Under the pieces are notes generated by a model. It was given only the letters and a program-made list of their open reading frames with translations, searched no databases and was not told where the DNA came from. This document shows positions 1 through 9,788 of a DNA stretch of 64,000 bases, piece after piece (position 1 is the stretch's first letter; each line of letters begins with the position of its first letter). The DNA is from an uncultured bacterium (GTDB lineage: Bacteria > Patescibacteriota > Minisyncoccia > Phycocordibacterales > PALSA-1337), in NCBI GenBank assembly GCA_963848635.1, contig CAWKEA010000005.1:111341-175340 (forward strand), written 5' to 3'. The position numbers and the translations under genes are program-made.

Positions 1-14
1 TTTCAATTATATAC

Positions 15-1670
15 ATGAACAATTTCTTTCTAAAAATAAAAGCCTTCGTGGTCGGGCATAAAGTCTGGAGCGCATTGATAGTCGTCGTTATAGTCGGTGG
101 CGGATATTATCTCATACAAAAGGAGAAGTCGGCTCAGACAACGACGACGTATACTCTTTCGACCGCATCAAAAGGCACCGTCATCACTACGATCACCGGA
201 ACGGGACAGGTTTCGGCAAAAAATGAGGCTATCGTCGATGCCCAAACCGCGGGCACTATCGATGCGATCGATGTCGCAGTCGGTCAAAATGTCAGAGCTG
301 GGCAGACATTGGCCCATATAGATTCGACGAGCGCGCAACAAGCCCTGGCGAGCGCACAGATCACCTATGATCAATTGGTACAGCCGCCTACTACGGGGAA
401 TGTGCTGAACGCGCAAAATTCTCTGACGCAAGCCTACAGTAGCGCGTTTAGCTCGGTTGCGAGCACGTTCACGGATCTGCAGACCATCATGCCGGGCCTC
501 CATGACATGCTCTATGGCCAAAGCGGTTTTTTGAGCGATCAGCATTCTTCCTATTTGACGACGACCGGGCAAACATACCGCGACACAGCTGGACAAGAGT
601 TCGACAAAGCTAACGCTGAGTATCAGGCAACCTTGGCCGAATACAAGGGAGTATCGCTCACGAGCGCGACATCAAGCATCGCACAGCTCTTGAACGACAC
701 TCAGATGATGGCGGCAGACGCCGTCAAGGCATTGAAAGACGTCCAAAACACCATCACCTTCATCGTCCAAAGCCAACCAAGCTATGACACGAAAGACGTC
801 TCCACAGCCGAGTCCAGCGTGACAAGCTGGCTCAGCCCGGCAACCTCCGATAATTCGTCCTTGGTGTCATCCCAAAGCAATATCGCCACGAACGCCAATA
901 ATTTGAACACCCTCCTTACGGGACCCGACGCGCTCCAAGTGCAAGCACAGCGATTGTCATTGAGTGAAGCGCAACAGAATTACGCCTACGAAGATGTCAT
1001 GGCGCCATTCGATGGAACGGTTGCGCTCATAGACGTCACCCCGGCGGAGCAAGTATCCAATGGCGCGGCGATCGCGACCGTCGTCACATCGAACGAATAC
1101 GCGACGATCTCCCTCAACGAAGTCGATGCGGCAAAAGTATCAGCCGGTCAAAAAGCGACTCTCACCTTTGACGCGATAAACAACCTTTCGATCGCCGGCA
1201 CGGTCAGCGAGATCGATGGCGTCGGAACGGTCAGCCAAGGCGTCGTCACGTATAACGTCAAGATTGCCTTTGACAGCGAGGACAGCCGTATCAAGCCGGG
1301 AATGAGCGTCAATGCGACCATCATCACGGCGGCGGATCAAGACGTCATCATCGTCCCTTCTTCGGCAGTAAAAACCCAAGGAAATATCTCATACGTGCAA
1401 GAGCTCGGCCAGAAGTATTCAGCCGCACAAGAAGCCGCTGGTATCACCTCGATTACGGCTCCAAAAAACGTGCCTGTCACGACAGGCCTGTCAGACGATA
1501 CGAATACTGAGATCGTCTCGGGCTTGTCCGTCGGAGATCAAGTCATAACAAAGACCGTTGTCACGACCGGCGCGACGGCAAGCACAAAAACCGCGGCGAC
1601 AGCGGCCACGACGCGCACGGGCGGCGGAGGTTTCGGCGGCGGCGGCGCGAGCGTATTAAGGGCGCTTTGA
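15..1670 (+). CDS. HlyD-family periplasmic adaptor of a MacA-like efflux system; N-terminal TM anchor, Ser/Thr-rich body, C-terminal Gly-rich tail
   Basis: ORF-track protein has a signal-anchor, long coiled/beta adaptor-like sequence and ends in GGGGFGGGG; it sits directly upstream of the ABC ATPase and FtsX permease. Confidence 0.7.
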   Translation: MNNFFLKIKAFVVGHKVWSALIVVVIVGGGYYLIQKEKSAQTTTTYTLSTASKGTVITTITGTGQVSAKNEAIVDAQTAGTIDAIDVAVGQNVRAGQTLAHIDSTSAQQALASAQITYDQLVQPPTTGNVLNAQNSLTQAYSSAFSSVASTFTDLQTIMPGLHDMLYGQSGFLSDQHSSYLTTTGQTYRDTAGQEFDKANAEYQATLAEYKGVSLTSATSSIAQLLNDTQMMAADAVKALKDVQNTITFIVQSQPSYDTKDVSTAESSVTSWLSPATSDNSSLVSSQSNIATNANNLNTLLTGPDALQVQAQRLSLSEAQQNYAYEDVMAPFDGTVALIDVTPAEQVSNGAAIATVVTSNEYATISLNEVDAAKVSAGQKATLTFDAINNLSIAGTVSEIDGVGTVSQGVVTYNVKIAFDSEDSRIKPGMSVNATIITAADQDVIIVPSSAVKTQGNISYVQELGQKYSAAQEAAGITSITAPKNVPVTTGLSDDTNTEIVSGLSVGDQVITKTVVTTGATASTKTAATAATTRTGGGGFGGGGASVLRAL

Positions 1671-1676
1671 TTCAAA

Positions 1677-2426
1677 TTGAAAAGTAAAAATGCAAAAGCT
1701 AAAGTCAAAAAACAGTATCTGATGATCGATATACGAAACATAACAAAGACATACGTTGATGATAGCGGAGGCTATCAGGCCTTGAAAGGCGTCAGCTTCA
1801 CCATAAAGGACGGCGAATTCGTGGCGATCATGGGGCCGTCAGGCTCAGGCAAGTCGACGCTCATGCATATTCTCGGCTGTCTCGACACGCCGACATCAGG
1901 AGAGTATTTTCTCGATGAAAAAGACGTTTCGAAGCTGACCGACGAGGAGCTTGCCGACATACGCCGAGAAAAGATAGGTTTCGTTTTCCAATCCTTCAAT
2001 CTTCTGCCGCGAGCCACGGTGCTTCGCAACGTAACCTTGCCCCTCATCTACGCGGGAGTCGAGGAAAAAGAACGTGAAAAACGCGCAGTCGCTTCCCTGC
2101 TTGCTGCTGGCATGGTCGAGACGCATTTCATGCACAAGTCGAACCAGCTCTCAGGCGGCCAAATACAGCGCGTGGCCATAGCAAGGGCCCTCGTCAATAA
2201 TCCGACGCTCATTCTAGCTGATGAGCCTACGGGCAACCTCGATACAAAAACAAGCGAAGTCGTTTTGGCCACTTTCCAAAAGCTGAACGAGGAGCAAGGG
2301 AGAACGATAGTATTGATCACGCATGAGCCTGACATCGCTCTCCATGCTAAACGAATCATCATGATACGCGATGGGCTCATCGTCGAAGACAAAACGTCGC
2401 ATACGCAAAAAGTGATAAAATCATGA
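1677..2426 (+). CDS. ABC transporter ATP-binding protein, MacB/LolD-like
   Basis: Walker A GPSGSGKST, ABC signature LSGGQ, Walker B ILADEPTG; 4-bp overlap with the permease gene. Confidence 0.9.
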   Translation: MKSKNAKAKVKKQYLMIDIRNITKTYVDDSGGYQALKGVSFTIKDGEFVAIMGPSGSGKSTLMHILGCLDTPTSGEYFLDEKDVSKLTDEELADIRREKIGFVFQSFNLLPRATVLRNVTLPLIYAGVEEKEREKRAVASLLAAGMVETHFMHKSNQLSGGQIQRVAIARALVNNPTLILADEPTGNLDTKTSEVVLATFQKLNEEQGRTIVLITHEPDIALHAKRIIMIRDGLIVEDKTSHTQKVIKS

Positions 2427-3646
2427 CTACTAAAGACATATTCCATGAAACATATTCTGCCCTGTCCGCGAACAAAGTGCGGTCTGGTTTGACGATACTT
2501 GGCATCGTGATTGGCATCGGTTCGGTAATCGCCATGATTTCGATCGGCCAAGGAGCTCAGGGCTCGATCCAGTCGAGCATCCAATCGATCGGCTCGAACC
2601 TCATAATGGTCATGCCGGGCGCCCAACGAACGCCAGGCGTAACTGTCTCTACTGGCCGTGGCGCGGCGCGCACTCTCACCAACGAGGACGCGGCGGCTGT
2701 CGTAGCTGGCGTCAGCAATGTCACAGCTGTAGCCCCCCAGCTTTCTGGCCGCTATCAGATCACGGCAAAAGGCACCAACACGAACACTTCAGTGGACGGA
2801 GTGACTTCAGCCTATCCGCAGGTGCGCGCTGTCGCGATAGCCGAAGGAACATTTATCACTGACCAGCAAAATACGAGCCTAGCCAAAGTCGCCGTGCTCG
2901 GACCGACGACCGCAAGCGATCTTTTTGCCACAGGCACCGATCCTGTCGGACAGACCATTACGATCAAAAGCCTCGAATTCAAAGTCATCGGCGTCACGGT
3001 GGCCAAGGGCGGGTCCGGCTTTAACAATCAAGACGACATGGTCTACATACCTCTTACATCCGCGCAGAGATATCTCGCCGGAGCTGATTATCTTTCAGAG
3101 CTCGATATTGAAGCGGACAGCCAGACAGATATGACGCAAGTGCAAAATGACACTACCAGTTTGCTCCTTTCTCGCCACAATATCTCCGACCCGACCCTGG
3201 CCGACTTTACCACCCTAAACCAGGCTGACATAGTCGCTGCTGCGTCCTCTGTGACAAGCACATTTACTGTCCTCCTCGCCGCAGTGGCCGGCATCTCGCT
3301 CGTCGTTGGCGGCATAGGCATCATGAACATGATGCTGACGACGGTCACCGAACGCACGCGCGAGATCGGCTTGCGCAAAGCCATCGGCGCGAAAAAGAAA
3401 GACATATCGACGCAATTTTTGGCAGAAGCTGTCATGTTGACATTCGTTGGCGGCATCGTCGGCATTCTCCTTGGTATCGGCATCGCTTACGGTATCTCAT
3501 ATTTAGGCCTGATCCAGACGCAGATAACTTGGGAGCCAATAGCTCTCGGCTTCGGCGTTTCTGCCGTCATCGGCATTGTTTTCGGATATTATCCGGCCCA
3601 GCGCGCCGCTCGGCTCAATCCGATAGAGGCTTTGAGGTATGAATAA
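2423..3646 (+). CDS. ABC transporter permease, FtsX/MacB family
   Basis: N-terminal TM, large periplasmic domain, three C-terminal TM helices; third member of the adaptor-ATPase-permease operon. Confidence 0.85.
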   Translation: MTTKDIFHETYSALSANKVRSGLTILGIVIGIGSVIAMISIGQGAQGSIQSSIQSIGSNLIMVMPGAQRTPGVTVSTGRGAARTLTNEDAAAVVAGVSNVTAVAPQLSGRYQITAKGTNTNTSVDGVTSAYPQVRAVAIAEGTFITDQQNTSLAKVAVLGPTTASDLFATGTDPVGQTITIKSLEFKVIGVTVAKGGSGFNNQDDMVYIPLTSAQRYLAGADYLSELDIEADSQTDMTQVQNDTTSLLLSRHNISDPTLADFTTLNQADIVAAASSVTSTFTVLLAAVAGISLVVGGIGIMNMMLTTVTERTREIGLRKAIGAKKKDISTQFLAEAVMLTFVGGIVGILLGIGIAYGISYLGLIQTQITWEPIALGFGVSAVIGIVFGYYPAQRAARLNPIEALRYE

Positions 3647-3769
3647 AACAGGTATAAGCGGAAGAGTCTACGCTCAATTTCCAGCTAAAAATATCTCAAA
3701 TATCTAAGAGAATCATGTTCAAGATGCGAATGGGAAGCATAAGATATAATGTTTTTTGCACATATCTGC

Positions 3770-3843
3770 AATTGCGAATCGTTTGCAATTAGTTGACGAA
3801 AGTAAGCCATATAATCGTACCTAATTGCGAATCATTCGCAATT
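3770..3843. promoter_or_regulatory. Two 21-bp palindromes AATTGCGAA-N3-TT(C/T)GCAATT, 53 bp apart, flanking a TTGACG/TATAAT-like element
   Basis: 3770-3790 aattgcgaatcgtttgcaatt and 3823-3843 aattgcgaatcattcgcaatt read directly from the sequence, in the gap between convergent genes. Confidence 0.4.
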
Positions 3844-3953
3844 ATAAAAAATTCAAAAACGACTTCCTCGTAGCAAGACGTAGCGACATGCGCGGCATAT
3901 AGTTAGTCAATCCCCCTATCGACCGTCATCCGCCGAGAATATCAAAATCAAGT

Positions 3954-4967
3954 TTATTTTTTCGCTATGATAGTCTTTTTATACACATCCAAATGCTCCA
4001 TAGCGATGCCGGTTCCTTTCGCGACGCAGAACAGCGCATCCTCGGCGAGGACCGCCTTGACTCCCGTCCGACGGTAGACAAGCTCGGGAAAATTGCGGAG
4101 CATGGACGAGCCGCCCGTCATGATGATGCCATGGTCGATGATGTCTGAAGCGAGCTCGGGCGGCGTTTCCTGAAGGACGTCCTTCATGGCTTTTATCATG
4201 TCGCGCAGTTCTTTGACGATGGCTTTTGTGATCTCGTTCGTGCGCAATTCGACGGAACGCGGCAGACCAGTGATGAAATCGCGGCCTTTGACCGTCATGA
4301 CGAGCTCCTCATCGAGGGGCACGGCAGAGCCGATCTTGATCTTTATGTCTTCGGCCATCTGATCGCCGATACCGAGGTTGTGGGTCTTTTTTATATAATC
4401 AGCTATAGCCGCATCGATCTTATTGCCTGCTACTTTGACCGAAGCAGACGAAACAATGCCGCCAAGCGAGATGACGGCCACGTCGGTCGTTCCGCCGCCG
4501 ATATCAACGACCATATGCCCGCGAGCTTCATGGATAGGAATGCCCGCGCCGATGGCAGCAAGAACTGGTTCCTTGACAACATAGGCATTGCGAGCGCCAG
4601 CGCGCAGAGCGGCCTCGACAACGGCGCGACGCTCTGTCGATGTGATCGATGCCGGTACAGATACGATGACGTCCGGTTTCCAAATATTCCATTTTCCGAG
4701 AGCCTTGTCGATAAAATAGCGGAGCATCGCTTCTGTTACGCGATAATCCGCGATGACGCCGTCACGCATCGGCTTGTAAGCGATGATGGTGTCAGGCGTG
4801 CGTCCGACCATTTCCTTTGCTTCTATGCCGACAGCGAGGACTTTTTTGTCGATTTGGGAAATAGCAACGACTGAAGGCTCGTTCAAAACGATGCCTTTGC
4901 CGGGCACAAAAACGAGCGTATTGGCCGTGCCAAGGTCGATACCGAGCTGTTTAGAGAAGAAAGCCAT
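3954..4967 (-). CDS. mreB: Rod shape-determining protein MreB, actin homolog (paralog 1)
   Basis: GIDLGTANTLVFV phosphate-1 motif, DIGGGTTD, actin-fold conservation throughout; likely real start MAFFSKQLGIDLG at 4967 rather than the track start 5063. Confidence 0.85.
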   Translation of the reverse strand: MAFFSKQLGIDLGTANTLVFVPGKGIVLNEPSVVAISQIDKKVLAVGIEAKEMVGRTPDTIIAYKPMRDGVIADYRVTEAMLRYFIDKALGKWNIWKPDVIVSVPASITSTERRAVVEAALRAGARNAYVVKEPVLAAIGAGIPIHEARGHMVVDIGGGTTDVAVISLGGIVSSASVKVAGNKIDAAIADYIKKTHNLGIGDQMAEDIKIKIGSAVPLDEELVMTVKGRDFITGLPRSVELRTNEITKAIVKELRDMIKAMKDVLQETPPELASDIIDHGIIMTGGSSMLRNFPELVYRRTGVKAVLAEDALFCVAKGTGIAMEHLDVYKKTIIAKK

Positions 4968-5040
4968 TTGTGGATGGACTATATCACAAAATAGCCATGA
5001 ATCAAAGAATATAATCGATAAAAAATAAAAGAAAAAGCCC

Positions 5041-6378
5041 TCAATCCATGACTTCTTCACCATGAACTCTCCTTATATCAACGCCGAGAGCAGTCAAAGT
5101 CTCTTCGAGCGATTCATAGCCGCGATCTATGAGATGAACGTTATGTACAACAGAATTTCCTTTTGCAAGGAGGGCTGCGAGAACTATTGCAAAGCCCGCG
5201 CGGATGTCGTGGGCTGTGAGCTCTTGGCCGGCGGACAAAGCTTTGTATGAGGTCGGACCAGTGACAAGGATCTCGCGAGAATTCATGACTTTAATATTTG
5301 CACCAAGATTGTTTAAATCGTCGACATACTTGAACCTTCCCTCGAAGATAGTTTCAAAGACGATACTCTCGCCTTTTATTTGGGACAAGTAGACTGCGGC
5401 GATCGGCTGGAGGTCGGTCGGAAAGCCTGGATATTCGTGCGTGCGAATGCTTGCAGATTTAAAAGAAGAATTCTTAAGTTTACCGTTCCCCTTTACCCTA
5501 ATAAAATCTTTTCCTATTTCAAGGGGTACGCCGGAGCTTGCAAGAAAATTTGTCGTCGCTTCCAAATGCTTTGGCTCGCATTTTGAGACGAGGAGGTCGT
5601 CCGCGCACAGAGCTCCGAGAAAAAGAAAGCTGGCCGCTTCGATCCGATCTGGAATCGCTCTATATGATTTTTTGGCCTTTAATGGTTTTCCGCCGCGAAT
5701 CGTCATCGTCGTCGTACCTGCACCATCGATTTTTGCTCCGCATTCATTCAGCCATTTTGCGACGCTCTCGATCTCTGGCTCCATGGCGCAATTCTTGAGA
5801 GTTGTTGTCCCCTTTGCCAAAACAGCCGCCATCATTAGGGTTTCTGTGCCAGTGACAGTCTGGATCGGAAAGAAGATATCCGCCCCTCTCAAGCCGTCTT
5901 TCGGCGCGGTTATCTTGAACATGCCGTCTTTTTCAAGAACGATCGCGCCCATTTTCTTGTATGCTGTGATAAAGAGATCGACTGGTCGCGCGCCGATGAC
6001 ACAGCCGCCAGGCGACGGAAAAGAGACCTCGCCGTAACGCGCGAGTATAGGACCGGTCGTTACAATAGACGAGCGCATGCTCTGCGAGATAAGAGGATCG
6101 AGATCGGCAGAAGAAAGATCCGAGGCATCGATCGAAAGCATATCCCTGCCGCCGCTTTTTCGCTTTTCCACCTTCGCGCCAAGTCCTACGAGCAGGTCAG
6201 ACATGCTATCGATATCGGCTGTGAGGGAAATATTTCGGATATCGATCGCGTCTTTAAAAAGGATGCTCGCCGCCATCGCCTTCAAAATAGCGTTTTTCGC
6301 GCCCTTGATTCGCACTTCGCCGCGCAAGGCCTTCTTGCCCGCGAGGCCTTTTACGACGAATGAGTCAGTTTGGGACAT
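5041..6378 (-). CDS. murA: UDP-N-acetylglucosamine 1-carboxyvinyltransferase MurA
   Basis: VKGLAGKK...RIKGAKNAILKAMAASIL N-terminus, conserved along the whole length; probable start MSQTDS at 6378. Confidence 0.9.
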   Translation of the reverse strand: MSQTDSFVVKGLAGKKALRGEVRIKGAKNAILKAMAASILFKDAIDIRNISLTADIDSMSDLLVGLGAKVEKRKSGGRDMLSIDASDLSSADLDPLISQSMRSSIVTTGPILARYGEVSFPSPGGCVIGARPVDLFITAYKKMGAIVLEKDGMFKITAPKDGLRGADIFFPIQTVTGTETLMMAAVLAKGTTTLKNCAMEPEIESVAKWLNECGAKIDGAGTTTMTIRGGKPLKAKKSYRAIPDRIEAASFLFLGALCADDLLVSKCEPKHLEATTNFLASSGVPLEIGKDFIRVKGNGKLKNSSFKSASIRTHEYPGFPTDLQPIAAVYLSQIKGESIVFETIFEGRFKYVDDLNNLGANIKVMNSREILVTGPTSYKALSAGQELTAHDIRAGFAIVLAALLAKGNSVVHNVHLIDRGYESLEETLTALGVDIRRVHGEEVMD

Positions 6379-6501
6379 AAGCACAGTATATATTTTTTTA
6401 GGGAAAAGAAAAGGCAAAAATCTCTTGAGAAAGCCGATAGATAAATGGTTTTCAATATATGAAATTCCCTAATCAGGGGCGGTTTTGTATACCCAGCTTG
6501 A

Positions 6502-6870
6502 GTGTTGCGCTTCAAAGTCGTATCTGCCATAATTTCGATTATGACATTCATTAAAAAACACAAATATGCTCTAACCTCTTTGCTTGTCAGTATTCTCTTG
6601 ATCTTTTATTGGGTATCATTGTCCGCAGTAGTTCCTGTGGTCTATCCAGGATATGAATCATTCCAATGGGTAATATTCATGAATCTACCACTACCGATTA
6701 CTTCAATTTTAATTATCGTCGCGATATTATTTGGTATCCTAAGTATTGTGAAAAAAGAACCTAGAAGGTTAGGATATATGTCTACTATAATAGGAATAGT
6801 ACCGCTAGGAATGATGATTCTTTATTTTTTAGCTGTAAATTTGATCTGTACTGGCGGATCGGGTTGTTGA
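6502..6870 (+). CDS. Small multi-TM membrane protein, hypothetical, in an AT-rich segment
   Basis: Three or four hydrophobic helices; GC content far below the neighbours. Confidence 0.4.
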   Translation: MLRFKVVSAIISIMTFIKKHKYALTSLLVSILLIFYWVSLSAVVPVVYPGYESFQWVIFMNLPLPITSILIIVAILFGILSIVKKEPRRLGYMSTIIGIVPLGMMILYFLAVNLICTGGSGC

Positions 6871-6930
6871 AATCCATTAATATAATTTGATTGTTTAATA
6901 TCAACTTCGTTTCAGACAGAATTCTGTTCA

Positions 6931-6962
6931 TAATAAAAAAGGGCCCATCTTTCGATGTGCCC
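6931..6962 (-). terminator. Rho-independent terminator downstream of the HAF-repeat gene
   Basis: On the minus strand agggcacatcgaaagatgggccct followed by tttttt. Confidence 0.6.
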
Positions 6963-6981
6963 TGTGATAACCAAAGAACTG

Positions 6982-9696
6982 TTACTGCGCCACTGCCCTA
7001 TAGAAACGTATAGGATAGTTCGTTGCACTCGGATCCATGAATTCGGCTGTCCCCGTAATATTTTGGAGAATAGCGATGTTCACCCAATTCGTGCCAATGA
7101 GGTTAGTCGTGGCTTGGATGTAATAACTGTCAGGCTGACCGACGAGTTGATAGACCCGACCACTCGCTGTATTTGTCACAGAGAGTACAGGCTGTTGAGT
7201 GATTCCTGAAGCATCCACTTCGATATTTGTAATTGTGGTATTCGGATCTGCTGAGGTGAAGGGATCAAGATGGAATCCAAGCACATGGCTCGTACCCACA
7301 GTCGATATCGGCATAGGTAGACTATAGTGTTGGAGACCTGTATTGACGGCGGCTTCATCAATGAGACCGAGCAGATTCGTATCCCAATATACCGACAAGA
7401 GTCCACGACCACCCTCAACACTCGCAAAATCAGCGTCGAATGACAAGAGGTTGACGCTATTTGTTGGAGTAACCACAATTGAAACCCATGCCGGCGTCGA
7501 ATCAGCCGTCAGCCCCGCGAATCCAGAAGACGTCGTTACTGTCCCGTTCTGGCTTTGCCACGTCGAGGACGCAGAGAAGTCGGGAACGATTACTTTTATG
7601 GCATCAGCTAAGATACGCGAGATACAGGACGAATATACGGGACCCAGATTTGTCATTGATCCATAGGATACACCGTCGCCAATCTTATAGAGATTAATAG
7701 CCTTGGCCCAACCACCGCCTTCCATACTCAAAGGAAAGCCGAAGCCGTCGTATGACGGTGGATTCGTGATCGAGTTTTGGTAGAACGTCACCGGCCAACC
7801 GTGGCTCGATTCCACTTGATAGCAGGGACTCGTCAGGTCAGATGACGAGACATATCCAGGAACTTGCTTAGCGGCGCTCGGGTCGAGCGTCGTCACGTTA
7901 ACATTGTAAGCGTTGGCGAGAGGCATGCCGGTCCAATTGCCGGTCCAATCGTCAGCCAGGTAACAGTCAGACCAGTCGGCCGCTTGACCATATGAATTGG
8001 CTTCTTCATATGTCGATCCTACATACGGGTCGAGGAAGGTGCATTGGATAGTTAATGGCGTAGACGCGATGAGCGAGCTAATCCTCATCTCTTCCGCCGC
8101 CGACTCTATGAGCTCTGATCCAGCGCTGTGGGCGATGAAGTGGACATTCGTCCAGCCCTTCGCTGTGATGTCGTTTCCGAGTATCTTTCCGATCTGATTG
8201 GCATTATTGAGGGCAGTCCCTGGGTTTGGTGTGAATGCTCCCGCTATCCATTTTATGCCGATAACTCGCCAATTGTTCAATCCATTGTTATGCAGATACT
8301 GAGCAATCGAATTCGACATCGTATCGACCCATGTAGTGCTTGCCTCGGGTTTTGAATAATCAGCGGGATAAATGATACCGTGAGTAATAACCACCAATCC
8401 TTCATCGGACGTACCCTTGATCGGCGCTTTCGGATACACAGGCAGGTTTGTCTGCACAGCGGTAGCAGCTGTCACTGACCCAAATGGTAATGGATTGAGA
8501 AGGAAGGCGTGGTCCTGACCAGCTGGATTTATTCCGCCACCAACAATTTGTCCAGAATTATTTATACATTCAGCTGATACAAGTATCCAACCAGAGTTGG
8601 TCACAATCAGGTTATTCAGATCATACATGACTGTTCCGTAATATAGCAGTGGGTGGAAACTATTGTTTGCATAAGCATAGCCAACTATTTGACCGCTGTC
8701 ATTAATTGAGCAAGCAATATTTTCAGTACTACCTGGGAACCTTCCTAGATCTTGCATTGAACCATTTTGATAAAGAAAGGCGTCATCAGCAACATTGTTA
8801 CTTGTAAGTGAATCTCCAACTATCTGACCGTTATTGTTTATGGCCCATGCACTACTAGTATCACCTCCCAATGTTCCGATATCATGCATTGAACCATTCT
8901 GATATAAGAATGCGTGAAGAGGAAAAGGGACTTTGGCTGATAATGATGCCCCGACAACTTGAGCCTTATTATTGATGCCATAAGCGAGGCTAAAACCACT
9001 CGACCCCAACAATGTGCCAAGATCTTGCATTGAACCGTTCTGCCACAAGAATGCATGTTCAGATCCACCACTATTAGGTGAGTACCCAACAATTTGACAA
9101 TTATCGTTGATACTATAAGCTACAGTCCAATTAGTGCCTCCTAAAGTGCCTAGACTTTTCATTGAACCATTTTGATAAAGGAAAGCACGTGGGATACTAT
9201 CACCGTTTGTGGATGAGTATCCTACGACTTGACCGTTATTATTGATCCCATTAGCATAACCGAAACTACTACCTGGTAAAGTACCGATGTCTCGCATTAT
9301 TCCGTTCTGCCACAAGAATGCATGTCCTGAATTACCGACTACCTGTCCAGTATTATTTATTCCAGAAGCCGAACTTACATAGCCGCTTAATGCTCCAAGA
9401 TCAATCACTGCATACGTTGGTGGCAATCCTTGTTGACTATCCATCGGAGACACACCGCCATCCATCGGACTTGCTTTTGCAAGTTTCGCCTTATTCGCTT
9501 GTATCCTGGCAGTAATTGCCGGAGATATCGGCGGAGGCATGATGAGCTGTATATTTTGCTCCAATTGTGCCTGTCGTGCGGCAATCTGCGCAGGGGTGAG
9601 CTTGCTGACGCTCGTCTGTCCAATCATATTTCCAACTGACAATAAGGCCGTGAACAGGATCACAACCACAGTTTTAAGGATTACATTTATTTTCAT
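6982..9696 (-). CDS. Large secreted protein: signal peptide, Q-rich linker, about eight HAF-family extracellular repeats, lipase/esterase-like alpha/beta-hydrolase domain, C-terminal beta-rich domain
   Basis: Repeated HAFLWQNGSMQDLGTL-type units; VVITHGI...HFIAHSAGS (GxSxG-like) hydrolase motif; start MKINVILKTVVVILF at 9696. Confidence 0.7.
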   Translation of the reverse strand: MKINVILKTVVVILFTALLSVGNMIGQTSVSKLTPAQIAARQAQLEQNIQLIMPPPISPAITARIQANKAKLAKASPMDGGVSPMDSQQGLPPTYAVIDLGALSGYVSSASGINNTGQVVGNSGHAFLWQNGIMRDIGTLPGSSFGYANGINNNGQVVGYSSTNGDSIPRAFLYQNGSMKSLGTLGGTNWTVAYSINDNCQIVGYSPNSGGSEHAFLWQNGSMQDLGTLLGSSGFSLAYGINNKAQVVGASLSAKVPFPLHAFLYQNGSMHDIGTLGGDTSSAWAINNNGQIVGDSLTSNNVADDAFLYQNGSMQDLGRFPGSTENIACSINDSGQIVGYAYANNSFHPLLYYGTVMYDLNNLIVTNSGWILVSAECINNSGQIVGGGINPAGQDHAFLLNPLPFGSVTAATAVQTNLPVYPKAPIKGTSDEGLVVITHGIIYPADYSKPEASTTWVDTMSNSIAQYLHNNGLNNWRVIGIKWIAGAFTPNPGTALNNANQIGKILGNDITAKGWTNVHFIAHSAGSELIESAAEEMRISSLIASTPLTIQCTFLDPYVGSTYEEANSYGQAADWSDCYLADDWTGNWTGMPLANAYNVNVTTLDPSAAKQVPGYVSSSDLTSPCYQVESSHGWPVTFYQNSITNPPSYDGFGFPLSMEGGGWAKAINLYKIGDGVSYGSMTNLGPVYSSCISRILADAIKVIVPDFSASSTWQSQNGTVTTSSGFAGLTADSTPAWVSIVVTPTNSVNLLSFDADFASVEGGRGLLSVYWDTNLLGLIDEAAVNTGLQHYSLPMPISTVGTSHVLGFHLDPFTSADPNTTITNIEVDASGITQQPVLSVTNTASGRVYQLVGQPDSYYIQATTNLIGTNWVNIAILQNITGTAEFMDPSATNYPIRFYRAVAQ

Positions 9697-9788
9697 ATCT
9701 ATCTTCTCTTTCTTTTTGTATTTTGTGTATTTTATTTTCAAAGACGACATACAGCAGGTATATCGTCGGGCTAGCAACTAGAACTTAA

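Noticed and set aside
168-596. Antisense and out-of-frame ORFs nested inside large genes (for example 168-596, 4380-4874, 7343-7666, 17862-18353, 54062-54718, 61533-62276)
   Set aside because: Each lies entirely within a longer ORF with clear homology on the other strand or frame and has Arg/Ser/Pro-rich composition typical of shadow ORFs.
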